This document shows positions 28,137-42,112 of a stretch of DNA of 64,000 nucleotides, piece after piece (positions within the stretch are counted from its first letter, which is position 1; each line of letters starts with the position of its first letter). The notes under the pieces were generated by a model. The model was not told where the DNA came from. It saw only the letters and a program-made list of their open reading frames with translations, and did not search any database. Source of the DNA: the human T2T-CHM13v2.0 reference genome, Homo sapiens; the NCBI RefSeq assembly GCF_009914755.1, contig NC_060927.1, one strand, 5' to 3'. A program made the translations under genes and the position numbers.

Positions 28137-28884
28137 ATCAAATAATATATATGTATCCTGCAACTCAAGGCAGTATGAATCTCATATGGCTCCAGGCTGC
28201 TCAGTTTCTGAATTTATCAACTTGCTGGCTTAGACCACTGTATACAGCAGATGCATTGGGCCCAAACTAGATTTTATATATGGGCCACTATTCCTTCAGG
28301 CTTAAGAACAGTATTTTTATACTGAGGAATAGCTTATTTATCATGAAACCATCATACATCAAAAGAAGTCACGTTGCCTTAAACTTATCCAGTACATGAA
28401 ATTTATCACCCTCAAAGTTCTAGATTATCAGAATTTAATATATTAGTTTAAAATATAACCAGTTGATAACCAAGAAATAAGTCAATGGAAACCTCTTTAA
28501 TTATCTAAGCAGCTCATCTTGTTTATAATAATTGTATAACTTACAGATACATACTCATTTATTTTTCAATCAAAATATATTATATTGAAAGACTTCAGAA
28601 GATTTTTTTCTTAATATTAACCAACATTACTTATAGTTAGGAACAGAGTGAGCCAAAAAGGATTCTCACCACTACAGAGAATAAAACTAGCAAACCTGGG
28701 GAAAGATCCATTTTCCAAAACCTGAACTACACTCTATGATGGTAACGTTTCAAGTATTTATAACACTTAAGTATAAGTCAAGAGTTGATTGAATGAGGCC
28801 TTTCATGATGTTTATGTAGAGTAGTCAAACCAGAATTATTTATGTATTTGTTTATTTTTAAAGGCTGTCATTTGAAAGTTATCA

Positions 28885-29125
28885 CAGTATAAAGGTAAAG
28901 GATACACCGGAGTTTCCATTCTAGCTCCACATTCCTGGCTGTGTGACCTTGGATAATTTAGTTAAACTAAACTTCAGTTTTCACTTCTGTAAAATGAAGG
29001 AAATAGTAGAGGTTCTATTGTCATGAATTTCTAGCAAGAAATCAATGAATAAATGAAATGATGAATGAATGTTGCTTAGCATGTTGCCTGGCACATAAAA
29101 AGCTCTCAGTAAATATTAACTGTAA
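28885..29125 (+). mobile_element. MIR
   Basis: ggctgtgtgaccttgga...cttcagtttt...ctgtaaaatg...gcctggcacataaaaagctctcagtaaat. Confidence 0.8.
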
Positions 29126-31799
29126 TTAAAAAATATCTAAAAGCCGGTTGCTTTCTTTTGGTTATTTTTTTAATATGACTTGATTTTATTCATAACTTAC
29201 TGACTATATTTTCTTCCCTTCTGGAATGATGTTCTATTGAGGTTTCTTTTTCTTTTATTCCAGAATGTTCTCTGAGCAATCTCTTCATTTCTGCCTCATT
29301 CATCAGATAGGATTGTAGGCGTTCATTTTGGTAGTTCTGCATTTGGTTTTCTGTCACTGCTTATGCTGTTTTCTTGTTCTAACTCAGTGGTTTAAAAAGT
29401 AAAATTCAAGTAAGGACTAAACATAAGAGAATTTACTGGGACTAATGGTTATCAAAATTGGGCATAAAGGGATGTTATTAAAAATAAATCACACAGAGGG
29501 AGAACAGCTGATGACAGCAGCTGTGAAATGGATGTACATGGTGGGAATCAGTGAGCCCCAAAGAAACAAACAAAAAACACTGGAGGGCCATGAAACTTAC
29601 ATGATTTACAAGGGAAACCCAAGCTTTATGAACAGCCTCTGAAGACTACAGAGGCCAAGCAAGTCACTTCTGGATGAAAATTTGGATAAGACAGCAATAC
29701 TGAAAGGAGTTATGTTCCCTGATCAAATGGGAGCTACAGATAAGAAAAGAATGAGAAATAAAATGAAAATCTTTACCGAGTTTGATTTCTTTATTGTATA
29801 ACCTGCACTGAGGGGACACCATCTCTGGGTATACCACTATAGATACACTTACCAAATGCTTAGTGATTATTGCAATAGTTAGAAGAGAATATATTTTAAG
29901 AGCCAAAGTTACAAATCTATGGACAAGATGAATTAATATTAGAACCCATGTTGAGATATATAGGGCCCAAGTAGTCTATGACACAAAAGTTTGTGTTTTT
30001 ATTTAAATAGAACTCTAAAGACTTAGTTGTTTGAAATATATTTAATGTAGAGAAACATTTTTTTGAAAATTTGGTTTACTGTAAAGATGAATGGAGATGT
30101 CTAACTTTTTGCCTTTTTTTTCTAGATATGGACCCACCTCTCTATTTTCAAGAGCATTAAATTCAGTTAAAAACTAAAAACAAAAATACTGCCAAGGGAT
30201 TGAGACGGTAAAGTAACATCATGCCTGATAGAATAAACTATCAAGACAGCATGAACAAACCCAACTGAAATGGAACAAGCAAGCTTAACACAAGTCAAAG
30301 AAGCTCTCTAGAGTGTTAAAATGAAAATACAACTAAACAGAACCAAAACTGCTATTCATGGGAATAGCAAATGAAGAATTTTCTTCAGAATCTACACGGA
30401 TAACTTCTATGAGATTATTCAAAATGTGGAAATTTTTTTCAGAATTTTTGTTTCCAAATGGAATTTAATACATTTCATGAAACAAATGAAATTTTATCAG
30501 AAATAAAACATTTAAATTACCAAAAGCCTAGCCTCCTTAGGAAGGCTGTTTTAGGAAGACATGGGTAGAAATATTTTCATCAAAGCCCTGATCATCTTCC
30601 CTTTTTGAGGTGAAATCACTCTACTCTGCTGGAAACCTACATTTAGTTATTTATAAACCAGTATTAAATGTATATTGTTTCAAATCTCTATGTAGGAAAA
30701 ATATCCCACATTCATTCCCATTTTACTATGAACTGTATAAACTTCCAAAATCATCATGAAAAGAAAAACATCACCCTTTCTGCTAATTAAGTGTTCTTGC
30801 TTTTTTTCTAGTAATGGGTATTTGAAAAATAACAATATGCAAGAGTATGATCTTACAGTGAATATAGCCACTAGGTCAATATGATAATTTAATGTGAGAC
30901 TTTAAAATTGAGCTTTCCTTTTATGCTACTATTCTCTAAATAACTTCTTTATTTGCTATGATTAAAATATCTTTTCATCAAATTTGATATAAATATACTA
31001 GATATGGTAAATATATTTATCATTTAAAATAACAATTGAATTGTACAATAAGCACTATATCATTGCCCAATTTTTATTTTGATAAAATCTTTTTAAGTGA
31101 TATCATTTCATGTTAGGCTTTTTGTGCTGCTTAATATTATAATTAATAATTCATATTTTTGTCTTTCTCCTCTCTGACAACTTTTATTTTTAATCGGTGG
31201 GCATGTGCCAAATTGGTTTGTTATTTATTTATAATGTAAAATGACAAGGGAATTGAATATGTGAAATAAGATAGATTTTCTTTCATATGACAAAAATTTC
31301 TTAGTAATGGGGATGCTTCTTGCTTACCCTTATAGATTCAAGGGTTTTAGAGAGGTTAGGTCAAATGTCACACTTCTCATATAACAACATGTGGTAAGTG
31401 CATTAAATAGACTGTTCATTTTTTAAAAATTCATTTTAGTTTTGTGAAGACATCTGGGCACATGCATAAAAAACAGGACAAAACAATATCAAAATTTGTA
31501 AAAGACTCCCTATTCCGATAAATCCTATAGTGTCAATTAAGTAAAAATTCTGACCAAACAGATGTATTTGTATTCTTTCCTAAAAACTAAAACAGGCAAA
31601 CGTAATAGGAATAAACAGAGAACGTTTCAAAGATACAGAATTTCCATTGAAAAAATCAAATGTTCTGTCTGTAGGACTTTATAGAACATTAAATAATCTT
31701 TTCAGTACTGTCCATAACCAGAAACCACATAAGCTGGATGCTAGACTATTGACTAGTTATGACAAAAAATTCACAGTTTGATCTCAAGGGCATCAGCGA

Positions 31800-31875
31800 T
31801 CCTGGGCTCAGGTGATCCTCCCGCCTTGGCCTCCCAAAGTGTTGGGATTACAGGTGTGAGCCATCATGCCTGGCC
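31800..31875 (-). mobile_element. Alu/FLAM 5' fragment (no right part or tail)
   Basis: tcctgggctcaggtgatcctcccgccttggcctcccaaagtgttgggattacaggtgtgagccatcatgcctggcc. Confidence 0.9.
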
Positions 31876-34399
31876 ATCGTGCCAACGTATTGAAGTGGAA
31901 AGAACTAATGCTGAGCAGAGAATGGGCCATACCTGGGTGGTTTTAAGAGGTGCTGCTATAATGAAAAATCACAGGCTCACCCAAGAACTACCGTGGAATC
32001 AGAACCTCTAGGGATATGGCCCTAGAATCTGAATTTTAAGCCAGTTCCTGAGGTGCAATTCAGTTTGAGAACTACAGTCTTAAGGCAAAACCTTTCTATC
32101 ATACCAGAGCTTCCAATTGTCAGGCCCTTTGAATCCACCCTTTGTGTCAAACCTTAGATAATTCAAGAGACATAACAAACGTGATCATGTTACATGCTTC
32201 CTCACAGATTTCAGTGTCTCCCATTTCTTCTATTAGTTTAAAAAACATAGTCCACCATCACAGGGCCCTGTTTAAGCCAGCTCCTCCTCTGTGGCTCTGC
32301 CTTTGTGGTCAACCTGTGCAAAACTTTGAGGCTGTGACATCACTTAGTCAGTCTCCAACATTTGGAACAAGAGAACTTTTTCTAACAATTTGATCCCAAT
32401 TCCTATTTTAAGCTTGAGCATTATGAAGGCTGTATCTGTATATAATATTGAACACTTCAAAACAATTTTAGATCTTAATTATTTTGTTATTAAAATGTTG
32501 GGGGTGTTTAAGTTGACATTGAGTCAGATGTAGGAACTGATATACAGTGAAGTTAAATCCTTTAGGGTAAACTCATTCAGTGGTAGAGGCTGAACTACAG
32601 AGCCTAGGCATTCTGACATTCCACCACTGTGCTTATCAGCTTGCTCCTTGAGCAAACCTTTTCCTGCCTTTATGAGAATATGCCCATTTTATGGGCTCTG
32701 TATCTATGAGATATTTTACCTATGCTTATGTACACATGGTGTTTATCTTTCAAAGCTGGACTATGGAAAAGCCTAATTTTACAAACATGTTAGTAAAAGA
32801 TTATGTAATCTGAGGTGATTACGTTTAAAATGGCAATGATAATGATGTTAATTCCAGTCCTGTGAGGTACTGTTTCTGATCTGGAAAGAGCAGTTTTCTT
32901 TTTTAACAGCTTATTTTGTATTTTCATAATCCATTTTAAGGTTTGGTATTAATATAGACATGAGAAATAAAATATAACTGTTGCCATGCCAAATGTATAT
33001 CAAAAAGTTGCTAATAGCCATGACTGCTATTTGGTTAACTGTATTTCACTATTTAAATAAAATGATGGAAAATGGTGTGTCTAGGATCTCATTCATAATA
33101 ATGAAAGACAATAGAAACTATTAGCATAGGTATGATGCTAATGAATGGTAAATTTTCAATAGAGATCCATCGACCAGATTGTTTGAAAAATGTTTCCTGT
33201 GGGTACGAAAAATGCACACAAACAAACACATGCATCAAAATGTCCATAATTAAGTTTTTAGGGAAAAATAACAATATATGTTGGTTAAGGACTTTCACTT
33301 AAATGGCATTATAGATCTTTCAGAAATGAGAGTTGATTTATACTTCAGTATTTTGGTTCCCAAAGGTTGGGACAGTGGGTGGTAGAGGAGAAGTAGAGTA
33401 AATGGAAGGTATACATGTATGTGTGTGCATATGGGCAACTTTAAGCACCTTGAATTTAATGAACAAAAAATGTCATTATTCTGTGTTTATATATTTTTGT
33501 GTGAAACAAGTACCTTTCTCTATCACTGGAGTTTACATGGATTTTCTCATGATATCTTTTGAGAATCTCTTTAAACACTAAAATACATTTTTCCAAATGA
33601 AAACTCCCATAATTCTGCTTTATTAATATCTGAATGAATATTTCCATTGATTTGTCCAGAAGAAGGAACTGAGTACTGTTTAGAGAGCAATCTTTTTCAT
33701 GATAATTGGCAGCAATGTTTCCCTGCTATCAGAAAGAAAACTATAGAAATACGAAACTTTAGATAAACATGGAGATAAAAATAATATTATGGAGTCCAAC
33801 TGGTATCTTTGAGGTGAGGACAGGCTGAGATGGACTCCTTGGCTTCCTTCTGTCCAAAAATTTCCTGTTTCCCTATTTCCTACGGTTACCACCATGGAAC
33901 ATGTTAAAATCTCAGTAGGGACTCTGTTTCAACTTTTCCTGTCAAAACACAGTGAAAAAGCTTAATGGAAAAAAATGTCCTTCCTATCTCCATGCCAGGC
34001 ACAGTGTAAGATCCACAAACTTAAAAGCCAGGAAAATATTCTTTTATGTGCCCCAAAGCTGGGCAAGTGACCTAGTACTACAAAAATTCCCAAATAGGCA
34101 TGTGACCTGACTAATGTGTGCTGTGAGATGAGTCAAGAAAAATGGAACCATCTGTACTTTTATTGGACAGTCAAATAATTTCTTTCTGTCCACCCAAAAA
34201 CATAATTTCTATGTTAAGAGTGATACAAGGAGACTTTTAGAAAGTCTAATTTTTAAAATCAGAGATATTAAAATATATGAAAAGTATAACCTATTAAACA
34301 CTGGTGGAGATAAGCAAATAGGCTTATGAAATCATTATTGCTTTAAAAATTTGTTACCTACTCATTGTGTACTAAGGCTTCTCTACGACATACAGAAGA

Positions 34400-34709
34400 G
34401 GCCGGTGCGGTGGCTCACGCCTGTAATCCCAGCATTTCGGGAGGCTGAGGCAGGTGGATCATGAGGTCAGGAGTTCAAGACCAGCCTGGCCAAGATGGGG
34501 AAACCCCGTCTCTACTGAAAATACAAAAAAAAAAAAAATTAGCTGGGCATGGTGGTGGGCACCTGTAATCCCAGCTACTCTGGAGGCTGAGGCAGAGAAC
34601 TGCTTGAACCTTGGAGGCGGAGGTTGCAGCAAGCCAAGATTGCCCCACTGCACTCCAGCCTGGGTGACAGAGCAAGACTGTAAAAAAAAAAAAAAAGAAA
34701 AGAAAAAAA
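34400..34709 (+). mobile_element. Alu (AluSg-like)
   Basis: Full dimer; TSD gacatacagaag at 34387-34398 and 34710-34721. Confidence 0.95.
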
Positions 34710-35264
34710 GACATACAGAAGGAAATCAGGGAAAATGGGAAAATGAAGGGAATTAACAAATTGCAATAATCTTTAAGAAGTAGAGTATGAACAATTTTCC
34801 TTTTCTAGGATGAAAGCTACCAACAACTGAACTCTTAGAGTGAGTGATGGCAGAAAAAAATAGCAATCAAGAATAGGGGCATGTTAGTTTTTAGACATGT
34901 TTACAAAACTCTGCCTTTTATTTCTTAAACCCATAGGTCAACCACCCATCATACCTACATTACCCCATATGACAAGTGGATTTGTTGTATGTTTCAAGTT
35001 TTTAATCTTGGTGGGAAGGGGGAGGGCAGAGAAGTATTTATTGGTAAAATATCATAATAAAGGTTGAGCCTGTCAATGATTGTACCTAACAATAATAAAT
35101 ATGTGTAGGAAGTAAGAACGGCAAAAATGAAGCCGGGTAGGATACTGTGGATATGGTGACAGACAAATATCTATACGAAATCCTGAGATATTTGTCCTCC
35201 ATTTCATAAATTAAAGTGCCCCCTCTTTTGCTTTACAGATAAGGAAACTGAGGTGCATTATAAT

Positions 35265-35515
35265 AGCAACAGCAGCTGATGTGTAGTAGATCCATACCAC
35301 AAGCCAGGTACGATGTCAAACATTTAAATGTATCATTTAATTTAATTTTCATAGATCTCCTACAAGACAAGTGCTATTATTTTCATTTTACATACGAGAA
35401 AACTAAAGCTGACAGAGATTAAATAACTTGTCCAAGGTTGCATAGTAACTAAGTGAAAGAGCCAAGATATGAACTCAGATCTGTCTGATTTCAAAACCCA
35501 GGCCCTTAAACACTA
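35265..35515 (-). mobile_element. MIR
   Basis: agagattaaataacttgtccaaggtt...gaactcagatctgtctgatttcaaaaccc. Confidence 0.8.
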
Positions 35516-35518
35516 GGC

Positions 35519-35695
35519 CAGTGGTTTTTTAACCCTGATTGCACATTAGAAGCACCTGGCAAGCTTTTAAAACCTACTGATACTCAGACCCTACCCCAGA
35601 ACAATTAAATCAGAATTTCTTGTACCTGGGCCCTGATGTGGGTGTTTGTTTCAAAGCCTTTCTGGGTGACTGTAACATATAGCTTGGGTAAAGAA
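35519..35695. mobile_element. MER5A/MER5A1
   Basis: cagtggtttt...gcacattagaagcacctgg...ccctaccccagaacaattaaatcagaat. Confidence 0.8.
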
Positions 35696-36250
35696 GAATT
35701 GTTGGGTGTCTCCCATGGAGGTCAGTATATCTGTGCCAATATGTGAGGTAGTACAAGACTCAAGTGTCCTCAGTCTGTCTGCAGTGGTTTTTCCCTTGCC
35801 CCATCATGTTCACTTTGACATCTTTTTTTTATTATGATTTTTGGAGAAGTAATATACAAGTGACAATTTTTTTACAAAGCATTGTCACAGCAGAACATGG
35901 TCATAAGTCCATCAAAGAGAAACCTGTTCATATCTATGTACAGGCTATGATGAATGAATACAAAGAAGACTATGTTTATTACTCTCATCCCCAAAGGGAA
36001 GTATAAAGCTGGCCTTAAAAGCTGTTCATACCAAAGCTAATCACTAAAATTTGGAATGGCTTCCTCCTCTCCTTTCACAAATGCAATAGGGTAGCCACTG
36101 GATCTAAGGGGAAAAGATCCAATTACCACTCTTTACAATGCTTTTTCACTTAGGATCTCAAGACGACTGACAGTCATTCAAAACATAAAAGTAAAGTGAA
36201 AATATCTCTAGTAGAAGTGAAAAGAAAATGTCTGTAGTAGGAAGAAGGCC

Positions 36251-36331
36251 TAAATTTGTGTCTATACTCTGCCACTTTACTGCAATGACTTGAGGCCAAA
36301 AGTAAAGTGACAGAGTATAGACACAAATTTA
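36251..36331 (-). ncRNA. MIR4796: pre-miRNA hsa-mir-4796 (5p 36302-36323, 3p 36258-36279)
   Basis: 81-nt hairpin with 31-bp arms, one G.U pair on the minus strand and a 19-nt loop. Arm sequences UGUCUAUACUCUGUCACUUUAC and UAAAGUGGCAGAGUAUAGACAC match my recollection of miR-4796-5p/-3p. Confidence 0.88.
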
Positions 36332-36393
36332 CTGCCATGACTTGAGCCTTGATTTCCTTTTCTATATGTACTTAAGCCATATCATCCTTAGGG

Positions 36394-36560
36394 CAGTGAT
36401 CCAAAAAATGTGGTCCCCATCAGCATCATGTGGAAACATATCAGAAGTGAAATTATCAGTCCCTACCCTAGACTCTGAATCAGAAACTTGGTGAAGGGGC
36501 AGTAATCTGTGTCTTACCAAACATTGCAAATAATTCTGACCACCTCCAGCTGACTCTGAT
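36394..36560. mobile_element. MER5A fragment
   Basis: cagtgatcc...tgtggtccc...cagcatca...ctgaatcagaaact...aatctgtgtcttacc. Confidence 0.7.
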
Positions 36561-39500
36561 GTATCCACCTCCATGGGGTTGTTGTCTAAGAATAAAAGGA
36601 GATGGTCCATAAAATTGTTATTTTTTTTACTATCTACTGAAATCAGAAATTTCAAAATTCTCTCACAGAGATATTTTAGAGAAATAATGTTACAGCCTAC
36701 ATTAGTTAGATAATAACCTCATTTCTGAATTTCACTTTGAATGTGTAGACGAGGCACAAGTCAACCAGAGGTTATGCAATTAGCTTGGAGTCAAAGAGAA
36801 AGCAAGGAGTAGAGCTGAGAAGGAAACCCCAGTGTGAACTTGATTTTTATTCAATCAAACTGTTAAGGTACCAACCACGCACTTTCATCTATAATCACAA
36901 CGAACCTTTTAATAAACATGTTTCTATCCTCTTAGCTTAAAAAATATAACAGTAGCTTTTTGGATTTTAAAACAGATTGACTTCTATACTTCTGGGCTAA
37001 AGGCAGCTCAAGAGTCAATAAGAATCACAAGCTTTCCACAGTGAGAAGAAAGTGCAATTGCCCAGTCCTCTCTATCTATGAAGTGCAGACAGTATTCCTC
37101 TTCCTCACCTCACACTTTCGATTATTGCAATGGTGGAAACCATGATAAATAAAAGCGCTTATCTAGTGGTTTGGTTTTCACTAAAATTACAGACTTCTGT
37201 AACATTATTTGGATACCATAAAACACAAACCAAATTTTAGGAGATGCTTTAGGGTGTTTTTTCCCCTGCCCTCCTGTCGGAAGCCCTCTATCTTTTTACT
37301 GTAATTTATCTGATATAGCTACCAAGATGCTTGATACTTTTACATGCAAGGGTGCTGAAAAACAAAGAGCGAGGGAATGGGTTGTTAATGAAATTCTCTG
37401 ATTGTAAAAAGCACTCTGGAATGATCAGGTGGTAAATAATAATAAGAGGAAATAACATAAAGTGCTTAGGTGCTACAGCGATAGTCACCATATAAATGCA
37501 GAAGAGATCAGACATGAATAGAATTTGCATTTTATGCAGCTGCTGTGTGTGTATATAGAATATACAGTAGCTAATTTTTCAATAATGCTGGTAAAATATT
37601 GTTCAAAATCTATTCTTGCTGTCTTCTCACTTTAAAAGGCATTATATAGAAAAACACCCATCTGTCCTAGTGCAATGGTGAATGTGTGCAAAGAGCCTAG
37701 AAAAAGAGCCTCTTTGCATACGTGAAAAAAAAGAACTCAAATAAAAGGAGATAATGAAGAAGAGACAATAGTAACACTATTAGAACAGCTATGCAGACAA
37801 GCACAAAGGTGATCTTTGAAAAACATCAGGGATAAATAACTCTGTTAATGTGTGGCAGAGAAACTACAGTTAAGACATACAGTAATATACCAAAAATATA
37901 GACATGCTTTTATTTTGTCTACTGGGCTATTGTGATAGTGATGGTTGTTTTTGAATAGAAAGGAAGAAGAGAGTGGGAAGTAGGATTTCGTTGTTTGTTG
38001 TTACTGTTGCTGCTCAGTTTAGAACAACAACATCAACTACACACCAGACCCGTCCAACAGTTCCACAAACAATGCTTACCATGAATCTGCCCTCAATTTT
38101 CTTGTTGTTATTTTCCCTTAATACTTATTGATAACCCAATGCCCATTCATTAGATATGCTAAATCCTCGTCCATGGTTACTCTCCTTTGGAAGAGACTGA
38201 GAAGATGCTAAGAGGGAGTTCCTCTTACACATAAGGGAAGAGTCTGTTTAGGAATCTGAGAAAGCAGAGGCCAGGATAAAGAGACCACTAGTCAATCAAT
38301 ACTAAGCACCGAAGACTGAATCACCCAAAGATACAATTATCTCCCTTCCTTTGTTCTGTCTCTTAGTCAAATAAAGGATTGTTTGTAGAACCTTTTCTGT
38401 TCCTGATCTCTAAAAAGCAGGACTGGACTTGCACATCCAACTATAATTCAAAATATCTCACACTTCCAACTTGAAAGAAGACATAAACTGTTTCAAAGAA
38501 ACTCAGAGAGAGCAAATGCATATTCACAAAACTTACACTTATTCCTAGAATAGGAAAATGGAGAGAGAACTAACCACATAAGAAAGGGCTAATCATAATA
38601 ATAATAGTAATAATGATGATATCAATCAATACTTTGGATTCTAGAGAATGATTTATCACAAAAATTCACCTGTATTAAGGGAGACTCCAGGACAAGGAGG
38701 TCATTAAGCTACATTTCCATCTTCAGGATTCAGCCAAACTCAGACTCTCCGGAAAGCTGTAAATGCTCTCAGAACAGACTTTAGTAATGAGATTGGAATG
38801 AACACTGGGCCTATGGCGTAAAAGCATCTCCCTGCCCCTTGTTCTAAAAGTTAACTATTAAACCATGTGCGGTTCATCCTGATTTGGTTTACTCAATTCT
38901 AGAAACAAGGACATGCTGATCAGATTGCCCTGGGCAATTGAATACCTACTGAAGCCTTTGGGAAGACAGTGTTCTTCCCACCACCCCTACTTAAAAGGCT
39001 TCTGTTACCAGACTATCAATTCTGTGTTACTGGTGAAGGATAGAAAGTATCTTCTTTTGAAGGACAAGTTTTTCACTCACTGAGTTTTCTGCTTTGGGTA
39101 TATACTCAACATGTTAAGTGCTTAATCTTTTTTCCCCCATTCCCCTTTTTCTACTGTAGTGTGTTTTGTTTGTTTGTTTTTTGTTTTTGTTTTTTTTTAA
39201 TTATTTGAAGAGTCACTTGTCTGGATGCTTCGTTCTAGTAGAATTTGGCTGATTTTTTTCCCAACACCTTTTAGTGGAATGCAGTAACAGATGCATGGAG
39301 GGAGAATTGGTCTTAACAGTATTTTTAGGTTTCATCTGTGTCAGAGAGAGATCTCTTCCCTTTATTGATTTCTTGCATACACTATCCACACTACAGCTTG
39401 AAACAGCTACAACAGTGTTTGAAAAATTGGTTGTTCCTCACTGTTCAAACCATTTTTCAAAACAGTCGTTACAAGCTTCATTTTACTTTCTGTTATAAGG

Positions 39501-40089
39501 AGGGTTTTGTTTGGGTTGGTTTCATTTTCCTTGTGGCGTCATGCTAGCAGAGAAACACAGTCAGGAATATAGCTTTTAAATGTGGTATGATTGGGATTAT
39601 AACCATATCAGAATCTATATTGAAAATTTATTAGATTGAGCCATGTGCAGTTAAAAAGAAAGAAGTCAGAAGTCTTCGATATTTTTCACAAACATGAACA
39701 CCATCTCATGCAAACGTTAAAATTCACCAAACAAATGATACCCCACTGTTGGAAAGATATTTTCTCATGTCAACAACTCAGGAAGGAGTGGGGAGGGAAT
39801 GGGACATATACATGTAAAATTTTTCTCTATATTTTTGATAATAACTCTCTGTGAATATGTTTTACTACCTAGGTAATGCTTATATTTGTAAAAACATATA
39901 GTTATATCAGAAAGTCAATTTTGAATAAACCTGAGAATGGCAAACTATAATTTTTAAAATACTAACCTTTTAGAACTGTTCATTTTCACTTTTATTTCCA
40001 GGACTCACTATCTTAAAGAGAAGAATAAAAGTTGAAGATCCTTGGGATTAACAGAAAGGGTGGAAATAGCCAAATGTATTCATATTTTT

Positions 40090-40392
<303 letters not shown>

Positions 40393-40760
40393 TCATATTT
40401 TTAAAATACAGCAATATTCATTTGTTTAAAAAACAAGATTGAGAGCACAGTTATATAGTGACTTTTGATACATACACAATAAAACTTATTGAATTTTCAA
40501 AAAGTGAGAAAAAAACTACTCTGCTTTAAATTTAAAGTAATAAATAATAATGAAGACATATCAACATTGGTAACTGTCAGAGTGAGAAAAGGAAATTGAA
40601 CATTCAATGTGACCAGAGGAAGGGTGAACATGGGAGATACTGCCCAGGAAAAGTGCTCATGATGAGTAATTCAAAGACCCAGAATCTTAACATAAATTTT
40701 TTATAGTTTTCTTTTCAAGGGACTATTTGAAAAAAGATGGTTCTGGGGTTTTTGTTGTAG

Positions 40761-40762
40761 CT

Positions 40763-40815
<53 letters not shown>

Positions 40816-40826
40816 TTTCTTTCTTT

Positions 40827-40881
<55 letters not shown>

Positions 40882-40935
40882 CTTTTGGTTTTGTTGTAGC
40901 TTCCTCTTTCTCTCTCTCTCTTTCTCTTTCTTTCT
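40761..40935. repeat. Compound (TTTC)n/(TC)n polypyrimidine microsatellite
   Basis: Read directly from the sequence. Confidence 0.97.
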
Positions 40936-41767
40936 AGCTAAAATTTCACTCTAAATTCCAGGAAATTTTCACGAGATCCTTTTAGAGGTTCTGACACAAA
41001 TAAAGTAAAAGTAAACCTGTTGTGGCAAAGTTACTAACTAGTCTACACTAACTCTCAGTCCTTGCTCAAAGCAAAATAATGGAGTTTGGGGTGCAATCTG
41101 GTGAACTCAATGGTCCAACTGCATAAAGGCAAAGAGGAAAGCCAGGCTTGGGCACTTCCGTAGAAAATGAAGATTACTGGTTTGAAGGCCAGTCTTCTCA
41201 CTGCTTCACTGTATGTGGTGACTATTGTTAAATTAGATATCCCTATTCTGATGAAAAGGCAATGTGCTATTTTTGGGGTATACATGTTTCAAGCTGTAAA
41301 CTGCAAACTGCTGTATAAAAGTAAAGTGGTGTTAATGCCTCATAAGATAAACATATAGATTGATGATGGAGGCATTTAAAATGCTTTAATTGCCCACTTT
41401 AATAAAGCACTAAATAATTATAATAAAAACAATTCTTCAGAAAACTTGGTGGGAAAAAGGCCTACAGGATATGTTTGTTAAGAATAATTAGATTTTAGTT
41501 TTGGAGGAAAAGGTAGGACAAGTCACAGGAGGCACTCGATGAGAAGTCAGGAATGCCTAGTACATAAGCCACACATATTAAGTTGTAGTTTCTTCAAAAC
41601 TGACAATAACATGTCCTCCAAAACCAAAGGGAAAATCAAAGGATGTTGCCTATACTTATGTACCTTTTGCTACTGGAGATCTAGTCAATCTATAGCCTTG
41701 GATTCATAGTTCTATAACATGACAACATAGCAAAATCTCACCAACACTTTGTTTTAAAGAAATTGGC

Positions 41768-42112
41768 AGCTGGGTGCGGTGGCTCAAGCCTGTAATCCAT
41801 GAACTTTGGGAGGCCAAGGTGGGCGGATCACAAGGTCAGGAATTTGAGACCAGCCTGGCCAACATAGTGAAACCCCGTCGCTACTAAAAATACAAAAAAG
41901 TAGCTGGGTGTGGCGGTGGATACCTGTAATCCTGGCTACTTGGGAGGCAGAGGCAAGAGAATCACTTGAACCCAGGAGGCGGAGCTTGCAGTGAGCTGAG
42001 ATCGCACCATTGCACTCCAACCCAGGCGACAGTCCGTGACTCCATCAAAGAAAGAAAGAAAGAAAAGGAAGGAAGGAAGGAAGGAAGGAAGGAAGGAAGG
42101 AAGGAAGGAAGG
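41768..42112 (+). mobile_element. Alu (AluSg-like) with tail converted to (GAAA)n/(GGAA)n
   Basis: Full dimer; aaattggc on both flanks. Confidence 0.93.
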
